A stretch of 64,000 bases of DNA from assembly GCA_951804945.1 (NCBI GenBank), contig OX638149.1, forward strand, positions 90,520,001-90,584,000, given 5' to 3'. The position numbers and the translations under genes are program-made. Below, piece after piece: positions 13,818-27,499 of this stretch; within the stretch, counting starts at the first letter, position 1; every line of letters starts with the position of its first letter. The DNA comes from Podarcis cretensis. Its lineage: Eukaryota. The notes beneath the pieces are model-generated. The model was not told the origin of the DNA. It worked only from the letters and a program-made list of their open reading frames with translations, and made no database searches.

Positions 13818-14701
13818 TAACTAAGTAATTTAGGATATTGTTGGTGGTTTTGTTTTTTCAAATATGAAACTACTACTATTTATTTTCCCTTAGAAGAAAG
13901 TATAGTATTAATATGTTAATGTCTCTAGCTATGTCCATTTTCAGAGCATTTCATAATAAATAAACTAACTTTCTTTCGTCAGAGAACGTATCCTGTTACA
14001 AGTCAAAAAAGCAAATGGTAGAACATACACAATTCCTGAAAAATGTGATTGAAAAGCAGTGCAGAAGCTGATACTTTACTGCACAGATGGTATGTCAACA
14101 GGTGCCCGTGGCTGTACTGAGATGAAGGAATTATGTAAAGGAAGAAAGGGAAGTCTTCGGAGGATGGAGGCTATTGCAGCCTCAGTAGGGAGAATGACTC
14201 CAGGAGCTACCCTTCCTTGGTGGTCTCCTTTTCTTCTCAATTGTCAAAGCATCTAGGGCTTCTGGCTGAGCCCATGCTCTTCTGATTGGACAAATCATGT
14301 CCTGGCGCCAGGCTGAAGCACCAGCTAGCAGCAGATTGTTCCCAGGCCCTAGATATGCTCTTGGGTACATTGTCCTCCTTGAAATAAGGAGCAGCTCTGT
14401 TTTCCCATAAAAGGCCACTTCAACTGTTATTGATGAAGCAAATTGTGGGTGTTATGTGGGGTGATTTATGAGTATGGCATCAACACCTGCTTAGAAACTG
14501 GGTTTCAGTATCTTCTTGATTCACCTTCTCTTCATAAATGTTCTTTTTGCTCTGAAAGGGATAGACATATAATTACTGGTGGATAATTCTTCTATTCTCA
14601 TACTCATGGCCTTCTTGTATACTTGCTATCAGTAACAATGCAGAACACAATCTTATGCATATTCACATGTAAGTGCCACTGTATTCAGTGAAATGTAAAC
14701 T

Positions 14702-15576
14702 TTTGCATAACTGTACACAGTATTGCAGTGACTGTAGAGAAGAGTATATTGATCGATGCCATATTTCCTTTGGGGAGAAAAGGTGAAACAGATTTGTAGT
14801 GTCACTGTTATGCACCTGCCAAGGTCACCTACCTCCATTAACAAGAGCTCAGGGACTTACACCTCTGTTCCACCATTTCCTGTGCTCACGTCTTGTGAGT
14901 GCGTTTGCATAACTGTACACAGTATTGCAGTGACTGTAGAGAAGAGTACCGTATTTTTCACCCTATAGGACGCACCGTCCCATTAGGCACACCTAGTTTT
15001 TTTGGGGGGGGGAAATAAAGGGAAAAAAATTATTTCCCCCCCAGGCACGGGGCAGGGGCGGGGGAAGCCCGAGCTTCCCCCGACCCCAGCCCCCAAACAG
15101 GCAGCTCTCTGCAAGCTGTGGGAGCCCAGCGCTGGCTCCCGCTGCTTGCGGAGAGGTCTGCAAAGCCTGGACGTGCTGAGCTCAGCGCACGCAGGCTTCA
15201 GCATGCAGGCAACTCTCCGCAAGCAGCGGGAGCCCAGCGCCGGGCTCCCGCTGCTTGCGGAGAGGTGCAGGAAGCCTGGAGAGCGAGAGGGGTCGGTGCG
15301 CACCGACCCCTCTCGCTCTCCAGGCTTCAGCGAAAGCCTGCACTCGCCCCATATGACGCACACACATTTCCCCTTCATTTTTGGAGAGGAAAAAGTGCGT
15401 CCTATAGGGCGAAAAATACGGTATATTGATGCCATTTTTCCTTCGGGGGGAAAAGGTGAATCAGATTTGTAGTGTCACTGTTATGCACCTGCCAAGGTCA
15501 CCCGCCTCCATTAATAAGAGCTCAGGGACTTACACCTCTGTTCCACCATTTCCTGTGCTCACGTCTCGTGAGTGTG
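14702..15576 (+). repeat. About 200-bp tandem duplication; second unit interrupted by the transposon
   Basis: tttgcataactgtacacag...gtgagtg occurs at 14702-14903 and again at 14904-14948 + 15422-15576. Confidence 0.9.
14949..15421. mobile_element. Tc2/pogo-type non-autonomous DNA transposon
   Basis: 27-bp TIR CCGTATTTTTCRCCCTATAGGACGCAC (1 mismatch), TA TSD, GC-rich internal palindromes. Confidence 0.9.
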
Positions 15577-16289
15577 TCTCGTGGCATGCATGAGTGATGT
15601 GAGCACATCATGTGGCGTGCGCTCATGGCAAGTGTATGTCATTGTGGGATATTGAGGGGCTCCAGCCCCCTCCTTGAAAATTTTGCTGGCAGCAAGGCCC
15701 CTTGGCCCTCCTGTCTGGTGCCCATGGTGGCAGTGAAGATCTACTCACAGAGAGAGGAGGGGCATCTCTGTACCAACCTGATGTTTAAAGGCACAAGAAT
15801 CACTCTAAAGAGCAGACTTCTCCAGCTGTGTTTTATAATGTAACATTAAAAATGCTGCAAATTCTGAATAATCCGCATGGCTGTAATAATGATGTCTCCT
15901 AATCCTGTCTTTTCTTAAAAGTTGCTGGTGTCTCACAGAGGGGGATCCATCTTCCTCCAAGCTGGGTTTTGTTGCTGTCTAAATGACTAACAGTTTCTCC
16001 TCTGTTGCTCTCTGCAGCTGGAGTGCTCGTAAACGCTGCTGGCCTTGGTGTTTTCTGACCATGGAGCATTAATTACTGCTAGCCTTGGCATGCCACGTAG
16101 GATTCACCCTTTGACTTATCTCTTAATGCTTCCTTTCTCTCCTGTTTGCCAGGGTTTGTTGTCTCAGCCTGGCCTGATAACCCTCTTACCGTTTGAGATT
16201 TATATATATATATATATTTAAAAAACAAAGTTCTCAAAATCTGTCCCGTTTGTTTTCTTGTCTTTGTTTTGAAAAACGCTCTCACACAG

Positions 16290-16382
16290 CCTGTCTCGTT
16301 GCTTGAGAAAGCTGCGCCTCAGTGGTGCCAAGGGAAGCTGCAAGCACATCTCGTAGCTCAGACTAATCTGCTGCGGAACCAG
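16290..16382 (+). CDS. BIN1: BIN1 exon 7 (neuronal BAR insert): [31 protein letters not shown]
   Basis: cacacag|CCTGTC...AACCAG|gtgaca, 93 nt, symmetric phase 0. Confidence 0.95.
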
Positions 16383-17389
16383 GTGACAGCCGAGCCCACC
16401 TTGCTCTCTAACCCTGCATGCCCTCTCCCTGGCTGAACCCCTCTGCTGTGCTCTTCACCCTCAGGCAGCATTCACTCTGCTAAGCATCCTTGTAAGGCAC
16501 TCCTTTTCTCCAAAGAAGTGACTTAGGTTTCAGTACATTGGAATAAAAATGTAATACAAGGAGACAACACCAAACCAACTTGCATTTTATTCTTAGAGCA
16601 ATGTTTGTTTTTGTTTTTGTTTTTTAAAAAGACTCTGTAATTTCCCAAACTTGTTTTCTTTGTCGGCTATTCCTGCTGTTAAACAAATTTGCCACCAATA
16701 TTATAGTGCAATGCCTTGCACATCAGCCAGATTGTTTATGCGACAACCAGTTAGAGAATAGGTTGAGAGGTGTTGGGTTAGCTCCACCCCTTTCTTGGCC
16801 TCAAGACCCAATGCCCTAAGGATCGTTTCCTCCACACATGGATGCCAACTGGTGGAAGTTAATCAGGAATGATGAGTTGGTTATGGAGCTTCCAGTTGAT
16901 TATATTTGGTATGGTGCTTCTTGTTTCTGAGACAATACATGGATGGATGGGAGATAAGGTTGATGTTTAGGTGACATGCAGATTTCTGCTGCTTATATAG
17001 TTTTCCCTTCTCCTGTCACTCAGGTGTTTTCCTGTCATAAAAATCTTCAGAAAAAACTTCACAGCAATACCTCTCCCCATTTGCTCTCCCATGCTAAAAA
17101 ATGCTCCGGTCTCACTGAAACATCAGCCTTCTTGTCGCTTTGTCCATGGTTCCCATTCCACAGCCATTCTTCTCCTTCCCCATAAACTGGCCATTAATTC
17201 ATGAGAATTTCTCTGCTTGAGCATCCCAGGGATGATAGCACTGATGCTTCTGCTACCTCTCTTCTTGCCTCCCTTCCAGCTCATTTGGTCTAAGCATATG
17301 ACAAGTTGGGGTGAAGAGAGTCTCTTTTCCTTAGTTTCCCTTTCTTAGATTGCCTGCAATATCCTTTGTCAGTTCCTGCTTCCCTTTTA

Positions 17390-17680
17390 TAGATTTTAGA
17401 GTTGCAAAGGCACCCCAGTCATTCTAGGAATTCTACTCCTGCAGCATCTTGGATGGGTGGCAATCCATCTTCTGCTTAAAAATCTCTAATAAAGGAGAAT
17501 TCACCACTTTCCAAGGGAATCTGTTTTATTTTCAAATAGGTCATTAATTTTTTACTTTGTCTTGTGGTTTGGCTCCTACCATCTGGATCAACAAATTAAC
17601 TTCATCTATATGACAAGCTTCCAGATATTTGAAGATGGCTATCATACATCTTATTTTATAATTCAGCTTCCTCTGAAGTC
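17390..17680 (-). mobile_element. Degenerate CR1 LINE 3' fragment
   Basis: Minus strand reads MIAIFKYLEACH (CR1 ORF2 C-terminal motif) and ends in a CR1-like tail. Confidence 0.65.
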
Positions 17681-18197
17681 CAGAGGTTTTGTAACTGGAT
17701 CTGGAGCAAGCTCTAGGAGGGATTGTACATATTTCCACTCCTTCTGCAGTGGATTAGAAACAGGACTGAACTCTGAAGCTTTTTCTAGCTTCTAGTTTTC
17801 CAAAATCATCAGAAGGGGGGGCAGTTGCCAGTTAAAATGAAATCCTGGCGATAATCCTTAAGATTCATGGACTGGTTTGGGGAGGAGTTCTGTAATAAAC
17901 TAATGAAAGTCACTGGACCCCAACTTGTCAAAGGAGAGGGAAACTTCAGCCTCCTTATTGGAAACCCTTCTGGCACAAGGCATTCCTGGGAGTGGGGAGG
18001 GGAAGATAGATGATGCAACTGGTAGATGAGGAACTGAGCAACAGAGGAAAGAAAACAAATACTCTCTTAAAGGGCTGGAGGACAATAGCTCATTAGCTTG
18101 GCTGGAAGGAACCACATTTCTTGTATGTTCACAAGGAGCTGGTTACTGAGTTAATTGCTACTTACAAATTTGGAGTTTTTTCTTTGCCCCTCCCCAA

Positions 18198-18205
<8 letters not shown>

Positions 18206-18250
<45 letters not shown>
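18206..18250. repeat. (CA)n microsatellite
   Basis: direct reading. Confidence 0.95.
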
Positions 18251-18251
<1 letters not shown>

Positions 18252-18849
18252 CTCCCATAGGTTCCCTACTGTGATACCAAGAAGCTTGCAAATCAATGGA
18301 ATTATGTGGCCCTCCAAGCCCCCACTTTGTCCATTTTCCCTCTGACTGGTCCCTTGCTGTGATTCTGTTGTGACAAAAGGTTGTTGTGCCCCCACAACTT
18401 GTCCTTAAAAATAGAAGGGGCACACCCACTCTTCAGTAATGCCTGTTTTGATATTCCGTCCACCTTCAGAGGGCTGACCATGGGTCAGTGCAACCCCCTG
18501 TCTTTAAATGTTTAGCTACCCCTACCACAAAAGCTAGCATTTGGCTACTCAGAACTTTATAGGAGGCTGCTGAAATGTTTGGGGGCAGCTTCTAGAAATA
18601 GCTCTCCATGCATTTGTTGGTTTGGGAATTGGGGATTTTATGTTTTACTAGGTGTGTGAAAAGCTGCAAAATATATCTTTAGGCTTGGCCTAGTGAGAAC
18701 AGTCTGGCTTCAGTGAACTATTAAGACCTCAAAACAGAGACTTCCAAATCTTTAATTGAGTTACCAGCTTCTTGGTTTACTAGAGATCTTCCTCTGATGT
18801 AAAGTTTAAAATCACGATCAAAAGGATTCCATTTGCTTCTTTCTGGGCT

Positions 18850-18850
<1 letters not shown>

Positions 18851-18888
<38 letters not shown>
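18851..18888. repeat. (GT)n microsatellite
   Basis: direct reading. Confidence 0.95.
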
Positions 18889-18892
<4 letters not shown>

Positions 18893-21800
18893 CTGCCCAC
18901 TTTGCTGTATCAGGAGATACTTAGCAGGCTGTTGACAGGATTCAAGATCTGATTTAGTCCTACTTCTTCATGTACAAATTGCCTCAGTTTGTGCAACATC
19001 TTAAGCCTGTCAGCTACTGACCCATGGGTTGGACTACATTCCACAGATCTTTCCTGCTTTCTGCTATCATTTCAGTCTTTTAAATCAGAGTCTTAAAGCG
19101 AATTCTTTGGTGTAGACCGAGGCCCCTTTGCTCCTCAAGCAGTTAAACTTGGAATGTGGACACTTTAAAGATAAATGTGGGAGATGAGCTTTTTGAGAGC
19201 TACGCCAGAACCAAAGTTACTTCTCAAGCAGCATGTTCTCTTCTGGAATGTGTTCAGATTTGAGGGTGATGGGTGGGGTGGCAATGGATAGAGACTGATG
19301 CTGACTGCTTAGGACAGCAAATTCCTGCCCTCCTACAACTCACTTGAAATGCTGCTGACTAAGAAGCAACACAGAAGCTTGCCTCATGAAACAGGCCCAG
19401 AAACAGCACATCTCAAAGTGGATATGGCAAGCAAACTCCTGAAGCTTGCTGGATAGGATATGCTGCCATTTCATCTTGCTGAGTTGGGGGCTCTCTTAAT
19501 AGGGGCAAAATCTAATCAAATCACACTGGAGTCTAAAATTTGACTGAATTCTGAAGCCCAGTGTTAAGAATCTGCAAGCAGGTTATTGGGTTGGAAGGGT
19601 GAAAGTACCTCAGATAGTTAGCAGCAGGCCTTAAAGGATGCTGTTTCTTGACCACAAAGCACTGTGCCTGTATTTTAAAAAAGGCAACACAACAATAAAA
19701 AGCAACTAGAAGAATTAATCTCCTAAAGATTAGTTGGACACAGGAGAACCAAGAAAAGCAGATGACTGACACAACTGCTTTTATGTGCTGTCGTATACAT
19801 CATAATTTGGGCATTTAAGTGTTTCAGGCAAGGGTCTCTTTCAGCCTTACTTGGAAATGCCAGGGATTGAACGTGGGACCTTCTTGTATGCAGAGCAGGT
19901 GATCTCCCACTGAGCCAAAGTCCTTCCCTGTGGATAGGTGTGCCTCAAATTCCATTATGTATCAGTTTGCTTTGAGCTTTCCAAAGTGGCAAATTATTGC
20001 AAATATAAATATTTGGTTGGGCAATGTCATCTGGCTGCTTCTGTGCTACCCACATGATCCTCCTCATGGGAAAACCCTAGAATCTTGGCTGGACCCCCAA
20101 CTCTCTTCTTGCTTCTTTCTAGAGTGAATGTTGCCTAGGGTGCTTCTTTGTTAGTGCATATTGGGATGTCATAATAAGTACACACTTGTATCAATTGCTT
20201 TTTTTGATTCTCTGAGCTGTCGAGCACAAATGGTTCTACCTGGCAAGAGTATAGAAGCAGTTTAGTACAGTACTAAGAGACAAAACTATTTAGCAGACTG
20301 CTAAAGTTAGCAGACTTTTACACCATAATCCTACTTCTGAATTTTGGCCTATGATCAATTTAGTAACCCCTAAACAGAATTTAATTTAGTTTTCTCAACA
20401 TAAAGATAGATCTGTTTTTGGCTTCTGTCTGTCTGCCCAGAGCAAGAGTAAATTAATTAAATCATTGATTCAGGCTAGCTTTATAGTAAACACCTTGTGT
20501 AAGAAATACTACTACTACTATTACTAATATAATCTATGTTTTAGCAACTAAAAGTTTATTTTTTATATTAGCATCCTAGACCACTGCAATCTCCCTTATA
20601 TTTGTTGGCAAGGACAGGAAGTCCAGAATACAAGCCTCCTTTGACAATACAAATATCCAGAGGTTCAGTCCATGACAATGATGCTTTCTATAAGTGATCT
20701 ATAGAGGCTTGTGGCATTGTGACATTTTTGCTCTTGTGGTGGAGTATGAGTAAGTTGCTTGCATTTTTTTTCTGTTAACACAAGCTGCTGAATAGATAAG
20801 ACTCGAGATTCATTGTTCATCCCAGCTGTGCTAGGCTTTTTGGTGCACCAAATTACATTTATGAAACAGATGCATTATAACTGTGCCAGTGATAGCTCTG
20901 CCTAATAATTTCAGATTCACACTCGGACAATTATTGCAGTATCCACCACTTTCCTAGAGTACCACTTTCCTAGAATCTGCAGCTACACATTGGCATTCTC
21001 ATCACTACTGGGGAGGAGTGAAAGGCCATGCAGAAAATTAATAAGTATTGTGATCAAAATAATAAAGAGAAACAACGGACTGTGAGATTAGAGTTAATTT
21101 AGATTCAGGATCCTAACTGGAAAATGATTGGAGAAGGTGACCAAGACTCTACAATGGAAGTCATCAAGAGTCAGGGAAATTAATTACAAATTCCTGCAAA
21201 GATAAACTGAACTTGCAGGGGGTGGGGAGTGGAAGTGTCATAGGGCTCCTGGAAAACACTGGGAAATTTCTAATAATACCCTTCAGTCTGAATTAGCACC
21301 CTGCTAATATCTTTGATGTTACTTCATAACACAATTGTTTTCTGTGGGGAGCAGGTTTTGAGCTTAGAATATTTAGCCTGGGAGCTATTTTCGTGTGTGT
21401 GAAGTTCTACAATGTAGGGAAGCAGGATTTTGGAATGCTACCATTGAATTGCTTGTGAAAACTCACAAATTGCTACGATCACACTGCTTAGATTATATGG
21501 ATGGGTACCATAAGTCTAAGGCATAGAGTGGCTTTGGAAGTAACACAAAGTAACACGATGCAGACATTGAGGAACAGGAAGTGCATGGGACAGAAACTCT
21601 GCTTCCTCAGCATCCACATCACATCTAAAGCCAGTCTCAGAGGTCACTGCCAGTTTCTTCCACTCTGATCATTAGGGCTTCCCTATGCCAGCTCCGGGCT
21701 GCAGATGAGACTCCTACACACACTCTTTACAGAGGTGGATTGTAGGGTGGATGGGAAGAGGCTCCTGGGCAGAAGATCTATAGAAACCCAGTTCTTGGAA

Positions 21801-21911
21801 TGCCCTAGTCTTGACCCGCTTACGGAGCATGCAGCAGCAAGCTCATGTAAGCCTTCCCCTGAATTGTACCCCAGAGGCTGTGCATATCATTGCCCCATCC
21901 TTCCTCTCTAG

Positions 21912-21997
21912 GCTGAAGAAGAATTAGTAAAAGCCCAGAAAGTGTTTGAGGAGATGAACATTGATCTTCAGGAAGAACTGCCTTCACTATGGAATAG
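21912..21997 (+). CDS. BIN1: BIN1 exon 8 (BAR): [29 protein letters not shown]
   Basis: ctctag|GCTGAA...AATAG|gtaagc, 86 nt. Confidence 0.97.
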
Positions 21998-22230
21998 GTA
22001 AGCACATGCAGTAGTTAACAAATTGTGTTCATGGGGGATGTGGTTAGAGGGGAGGGGTAAAGATATCTTGACTGATTCCGGCCATGATGTCTTGGTCCAC
22101 TCAGTTCCTTTTGCTAAGTGGAAACTCGTAAGCTTCAGTTCCACTGAGCATTATGGCTCTGCGAGTGAATAATTGGAAGAAAAGCAGCTGCCCATGTCTT
22201 CAGTAACTTATATTATGTTTTATTTTCTAG

Positions 22231-22306
22231 TCGTGTTGGTTTCTACGTCAACACATTCCAGAGTATCGCAGGTTTAGAAGAGAACTTCCATAAGGAAATG
22301 AGCAAG
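22231..22306 (+). CDS. BIN1: BIN1 exon 9 (BAR): [25 protein letters not shown]
   Basis: tttctag|TCGTGTT...AGCAAG|gtaaca, 76 nt. Confidence 0.97.
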
Positions 22307-24371
22307 GTAACAATGGGTGACATTCTTCCTCTTCCCCCTTTGGGGACCATTGATGCTAATCTGGCTTCTCCCCCATGCCTTTCCTCATCCACTGTAAGAG
22401 AGGTGTAGCTATGTTAGCTGTTGGTGCTCAGGGATAATGGTACCACCTCCCATTGTTATTAGGGCATTTTTCCTCACTGGCATATCCCTTCATGATGTTA
22501 TAGAACAGAAGTGACATGCTGGGTGGGGCCACAACATCAGCTCCATGGCTCACTATTTCTTACCAGAAGGGGAGGCTGTGGGGCAATGAGGAGGCTGGCA
22601 TGGTGGAAATGTCCCTCTGGAGCCAATCAGGTGCTCCTAGTAGTGTGCCAGCCTCCCCACTGCTTTGTCCATCCCTCCTCTTTCCAGTAAACACCAACAA
22701 CCCACTTGCCGGCAAGCTAGCATGGCAGCTCTGCCCTTACCTGACCAGTTGCTTCAGTTCCAGAGCATGACCAGAAGCTCACAGTTCAGCAGCCTTGCTG
22801 AAACATAGCAGCTCTGCATGGGAGCACCATGTCTATTTCATTGAGTTTCCCTGGGGAAGAATAGTGGGACATAAAATGCAATTAAATAAATCATCATTTC
22901 ATTTGGCCCTGGTCCCTCATCCTGTCCCCACTGCATTTGTCTTTAGCTATACCTAGTGAGTTCTTTCAGCCAGCTCGTATTTTTTCTGCTTTGGAAGAAT
23001 GAAGCTATTTCCATTTTACTTGTGTGAGCCCACCTGTGAGTAAGAAGCCTTGATTTATACTATTATGGCATAGTTTGTTCTGTCAAGCTGTTGAATTGGT
23101 ACCAATCCATAAAAGGTTTCGTTTAATGTCCAATACATATAGTTACATAGGCCGTGCAGTTGCTTCAGAAAATTTAAATGCCTGCATGTGGAATGATGAC
23201 TTTATATCTTCTCTTCCCCTGAATTCTGCACAAATCCCAAAATAGGGAACCAACAAGTTTAAGGTTCAAAGCAGCGAATGCAGAATAAGACAGGGCCAGA
23301 CAAACTAGTAAAATGTTGCTTAGCAGTGATGCATTCATCCAACACATTTGGACAGCCTGTTACTACTTGGTAACAAGATTTTGTATCCCAATTTTCCCTC
23401 TTTTGGCAAAAGATTATTTCTGTGAAAGGTCTCTTTCCTTTGCAGTTATCTACATTTATTAGAGCCTGGGGGAGGTCGGTTGAATTGCTGCTGTGGAAAA
23501 CACATGGCTGCCGTCACCCCCTTCCCGCCCCATGGCATGAACGCTAAGTTTGGCCTAGCATCTTGTTTAGTGACAAACTGTGATTGCATAGCAACCAAGG
23601 CTGCTGCAGTTCCAAGCAAGGCTCCTGGCTACGGATGGGAAGAGAGAGCAGAAGGAAGGCATTAAGTCGCAATGAGGAACAAAGACCCTGTGTTGACACA
23701 AGGGCCCATAGTAGTGGAAGTATGTGATAGAAGGGGCAAAGGGGGAGAAAAGGCAGGAAACAGTAGAAACACGAGCTGAATTTGTTTCCCTAATGAGACA
23801 CAGGCTTCGCTTATGCGGCACCTGTTTCTGGAAGTCAAATGATGCTCACAGGACTTGGTGCTTTCAGTTTCTGTGACCATGAATCAGTGGGAATGAATGG
23901 AAGACCATTTCCCGTAGCCTAGTTTCTGGGTTGTAATGTTATGGGTGGGGAACTTTCAACCTGTGGGCTTAATTAGGTCTACTGGAAACTTCTGTAGCAC
24001 AGCTGGTCCCATCCTATAACACCAAACAGCTGATTGGTGCTTATAGGAAACCCACTGACACCTGTACTTATAGCAAGCACCAAAGTGGGACTTGTCAGAA
24101 GAGAAAGTTGCATTGCCAGCTTGAACTGAAGCCAGTGATGCAAAATACCTCTCTCTGCTGGTTTAAGCTGTGTCTGCAAATAGGTTCTGTTTTGTTTTGG
24201 GTCACCTGACATCAATATGACACCAGCCAATTGACAGGTGGGAGGCCCCACCACCTGTCAAAATGGCCTTTAGGGTATGTTTGTTGGGGGAGGGTAGAAT
24301 TTGACCCACTGGCCAGATCCTGTTCCCAACCCATCCTCTAGGTTTTCATGCATTTTTTATAAGCTCTTGTA

Positions 24372-24613
24372 CAGTGGTACCTCGGGTTACAAACTCCTCA
24401 GGTTACAAACACTTCGGGTTACAGACTCCGCTAACCCGGAAGAAGTAACTCAGGTTAAGAACTTTACCTCAGGACGAGAATAGAAATCGCGTGCTGGTGG
24501 CGCAGCGGCAGCAGGAGGCCCCATTAGCTAAAGTGGTACCTCAGGTTAAGAATGGTTTCAGGTTAAGAACGGTCCTCCGGAACAAATTAAGTACGTAACC
24601 AGAGGTGCCACTG
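24372..24613. mobile_element. Tc1/mariner (Tigger-like) MITE
   Basis: TA|CAGTGGTACCTCGGGTTAC...GTAACCAGAGGTGCCACTG|TA. Confidence 0.88.
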
Positions 24614-24684
24614 TATAAAAATTGTGAGCTTAATTCTTTCCTTTGTTGATCTTCTATTTATTCATTTTAAATTTTTTGTTTCAG

Positions 24685-24767
24685 CTGAACCAAAACTTGA
24701 ATGATGTCCTTGTGAATCTAGACAAAGCGCAAGCAACAAGCACCTATCCTGTTAAAGCTCAGCCAAG
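24685..24767 (+). CDS. BIN1: BIN1 exon 10 (end of BAR): LNQNLNDVLVNLDKAQATSTYPVKAQP
   Basis: gtttcag|CTGAAC...CCAAG|gttagt, 83 nt. Confidence 0.95.
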
Positions 24768-26269
24768 GTTAGTCATTACTATATCTAGCATTGTGGGAAG
24801 GTCGGGGCAGGTCGGTGATACACTGGTTGTTAATCTTCTACCCCGCCAGCCCAAGAATTGGCCCACTGAATGCTTTTCTTTGTGTGTGCTGTTGCAGATA
24901 CGGCAGCCACTGTGAGGGTGCCATCTCCCATTGCACACCAAACATCACATGGTTCTTAACATTTGTTGACTATGGTGATTTTGTGCACTTTTTAAAAAAT
25001 AGTGTGTTTTGTTCAAAAGCAACATTTTGGAAAACAGTAGTGACTGAAGGGCAGAGAGGGGTGGGGAGCATAGGAGTGGTGAGAAGCAACAAACATCTCT
25101 CATGCTTTTTATGAATGGAGTTCTCAGTTATGGTTGAAACCTCCTTTTTCTCTGCCCCTGCTCCTGTGTTTTTAACAGCTGACTGACACACAGAAATTAA
25201 CCATTGAAGCTTTTCCTGGTATGTCATGCAGTGGTAGGAACAGGAAATTTCTCTGTGTCAGACTGCTGTTTTAAAGGCACCAGAGCAAGTCCACTTAAAA
25301 AGGAGCCAACCTTTGGCACAATACCCTTGTCCTTGTGTCCTGTTCATACTCAGCCTGTAGCTAAACCTAAGTATGTGTACCTGAACTAATCACATATTCT
25401 TTCCCTGTTTCACCCCTGCCCTTCCCCCCCTTTCCTCCCCTTCCTATGTTTTTCCTCCCTGTGTCACATTTTAGATTGTAAGCTCCTTGGGGGCAGACAC
25501 TTGTTCTCTTGTACTCTGTAAAATGCCTTGCACATTGATGGTGCTATATAAATAATAATAATAATAATAAAAATTAATAATAATAAACCTTATTCTCAGC
25601 TCTGGGGCTAAAGGCTGGCCCTTTGGGCTCCTTGACTCTGTTCCTTGCAGTCCATATTATTAAAAGCTGAGGGTCCCTGTGAAACACATGTTAACACACT
25701 TGTATGTTCAGTAAAAATGGATGGGGTTCAGGAAAAAAAATTGAGTTCTACAGCCTTAAGGGATTAATATAGTTAAACTAATTGTCAGTCATTAAGATGA
25801 GAGCTGCGTAGCTAAACATACAAATCACAGGTTTTTTGCTCTTTTTCCATTCTGCATGCAGCTGTGGCATCTAACCACACAGTGATTGCATTTAGACAAT
25901 CACTATCTCATCTTAATAAGCCCACAATATTTATGAGCCTTTTTGCACATCCATCCCCTTCACACCTCCCTTTGAAGTCAATTTTCAGCAAGTTGTCTGA
26001 AATGGGAAACTGTGATTACCAGTTTTGGAACAAGGCAGGATATTAAACCAACTTTCAGCTTTGCCCCTTCTTCTCAATCTTGTCGCTGCTCTCATTGACA
26101 TGGTATCTTGTTGACCCAGCCCAGCATGTTGGGTATCAGTGGCATTGTTTTGCAGTGGTTCCAATCCTGTGTGCACATTCAGAGGGAGTAGCATTTGGGG
26201 TGGGCAGAAACTATACTTACCATCATTTGGAGTGCTGCAGGGTACAATTTTGTCTGTTCAACATCTATA

Positions 26270-26690
26270 TAAAGCCAGTGGAAACGGAGATTTTGAGCAT
26301 GGTGTCCTCATTTCTCCATAACATCTGTATCAGGTGTGACTGTGCGAGCCCTGGGGTAGTGTCTGGATGCAGCAGTAGGCTGTATGTAGGTCAGCAAACT
26401 GAGCTTGAATCCTAGCAAGATGGAGACTCTGTGGCTGAGTGGCCTCCCAGCTCCAAGAGATAGGTCAGTTGCCTGTTCTGGATGGGGTTGCGCTCTCTTT
26501 GAAGGATCAGGTTGCAGTCTAGGGATGCTCTTTGGTCCATCTTTGTTGCTTGAGGCTCAGATGGCCTCAGTGACTTGCAGAGTCTTTTATCAACTTTGAC
26601 TGATGTGACAGCAGAGGCTGCTCATGGACTGAGATAGCTTATCCACTGCGGTCCAGGAACTGATAAACTCATGACTGGATTGCTGTAGAA
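26270..26690 (+). mobile_element. Degenerate L2-like LINE ORF2 fragment
   Basis: LNPSKMETL (cf. LNPxKTE), SLLLEAQMASV...FYQL and ctggattgctgta (cf. RLDYC). Confidence 0.55.
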
Positions 26691-27499
26691 GTAGGAAAAC
26701 CTTTGGGTTCCTGGAGGAAAAACAATCAAGGCCACCTAGCAGTTTCTGTTTTTGCCCTAACACTTTAAGGACTCGTTCAATGACTCACTTCCCCTTTTCA
26801 TTTGTAAAAGAAATCCATTGTATCTTAGAGTTTTGTTTTGAATAAACCCAGCACAGCTTATGGGCACAAATAGGAATAAGGAGGAACTGGCTAGGGTTGT
26901 GTAAATACGCACACTTCTCTTTCCTCACCCTCTGCTCTTAAGGAGAAGGTAGGCCTCACTCCTTGGATGAGATGGCCTCTGGCTCTCACCCAAATGCATG
27001 AGTGATGAAGCAATTTGGGAACTTGGACTCCCAGCTGCTTTGAGTCCCACATGCTGTGTTAGCAGTAATGAGTTGAATGTGCCAAGACTGCATTAGGCAG
27101 AAGGAGAACTGTGGCTTGACTCCACCCTGCTTTGGCAAAATCAAATGGAGGTCAGTATGATATTTTAAACCCAACTGCTTTACGCTCACTCTTTTGTAGG
27201 TGCATTGAATTAAATTAAATGTAGAAGCTAAGGCAAAATGTTTAGCAGACACCAGGGAGCTCGTGGCTCTCATACTTTCAGCAATGAGCTGAGCACTTTG
27301 TGTAACCCCCAAGATGTAGAGTGCTTTCGTATCGACCATGCATGAACACAACTCTGTACAATGCTAAGTAAGAGCAATACATAAGACAAATGAGAGGGAG
27401 AGGCTGAACACGGATACAGTTTTATCAGTATGCTTTGTTTATGCAAACAAGTACCACTCTAGATGTATCGTGCCATGAGGAAAAAGAAAGAAGATGCTA

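Noticed and set aside
14983-15472. Overlapping 100-156 aa ORFs on both strands
   Set aside because: They lie inside a GC-rich palindromic non-autonomous transposon and show no transposase motifs.
16153-16289. Upstream alternative acceptor extending exon 7
   Set aside because: The 137-nt extension is out of frame and crosses a (TA)n run.
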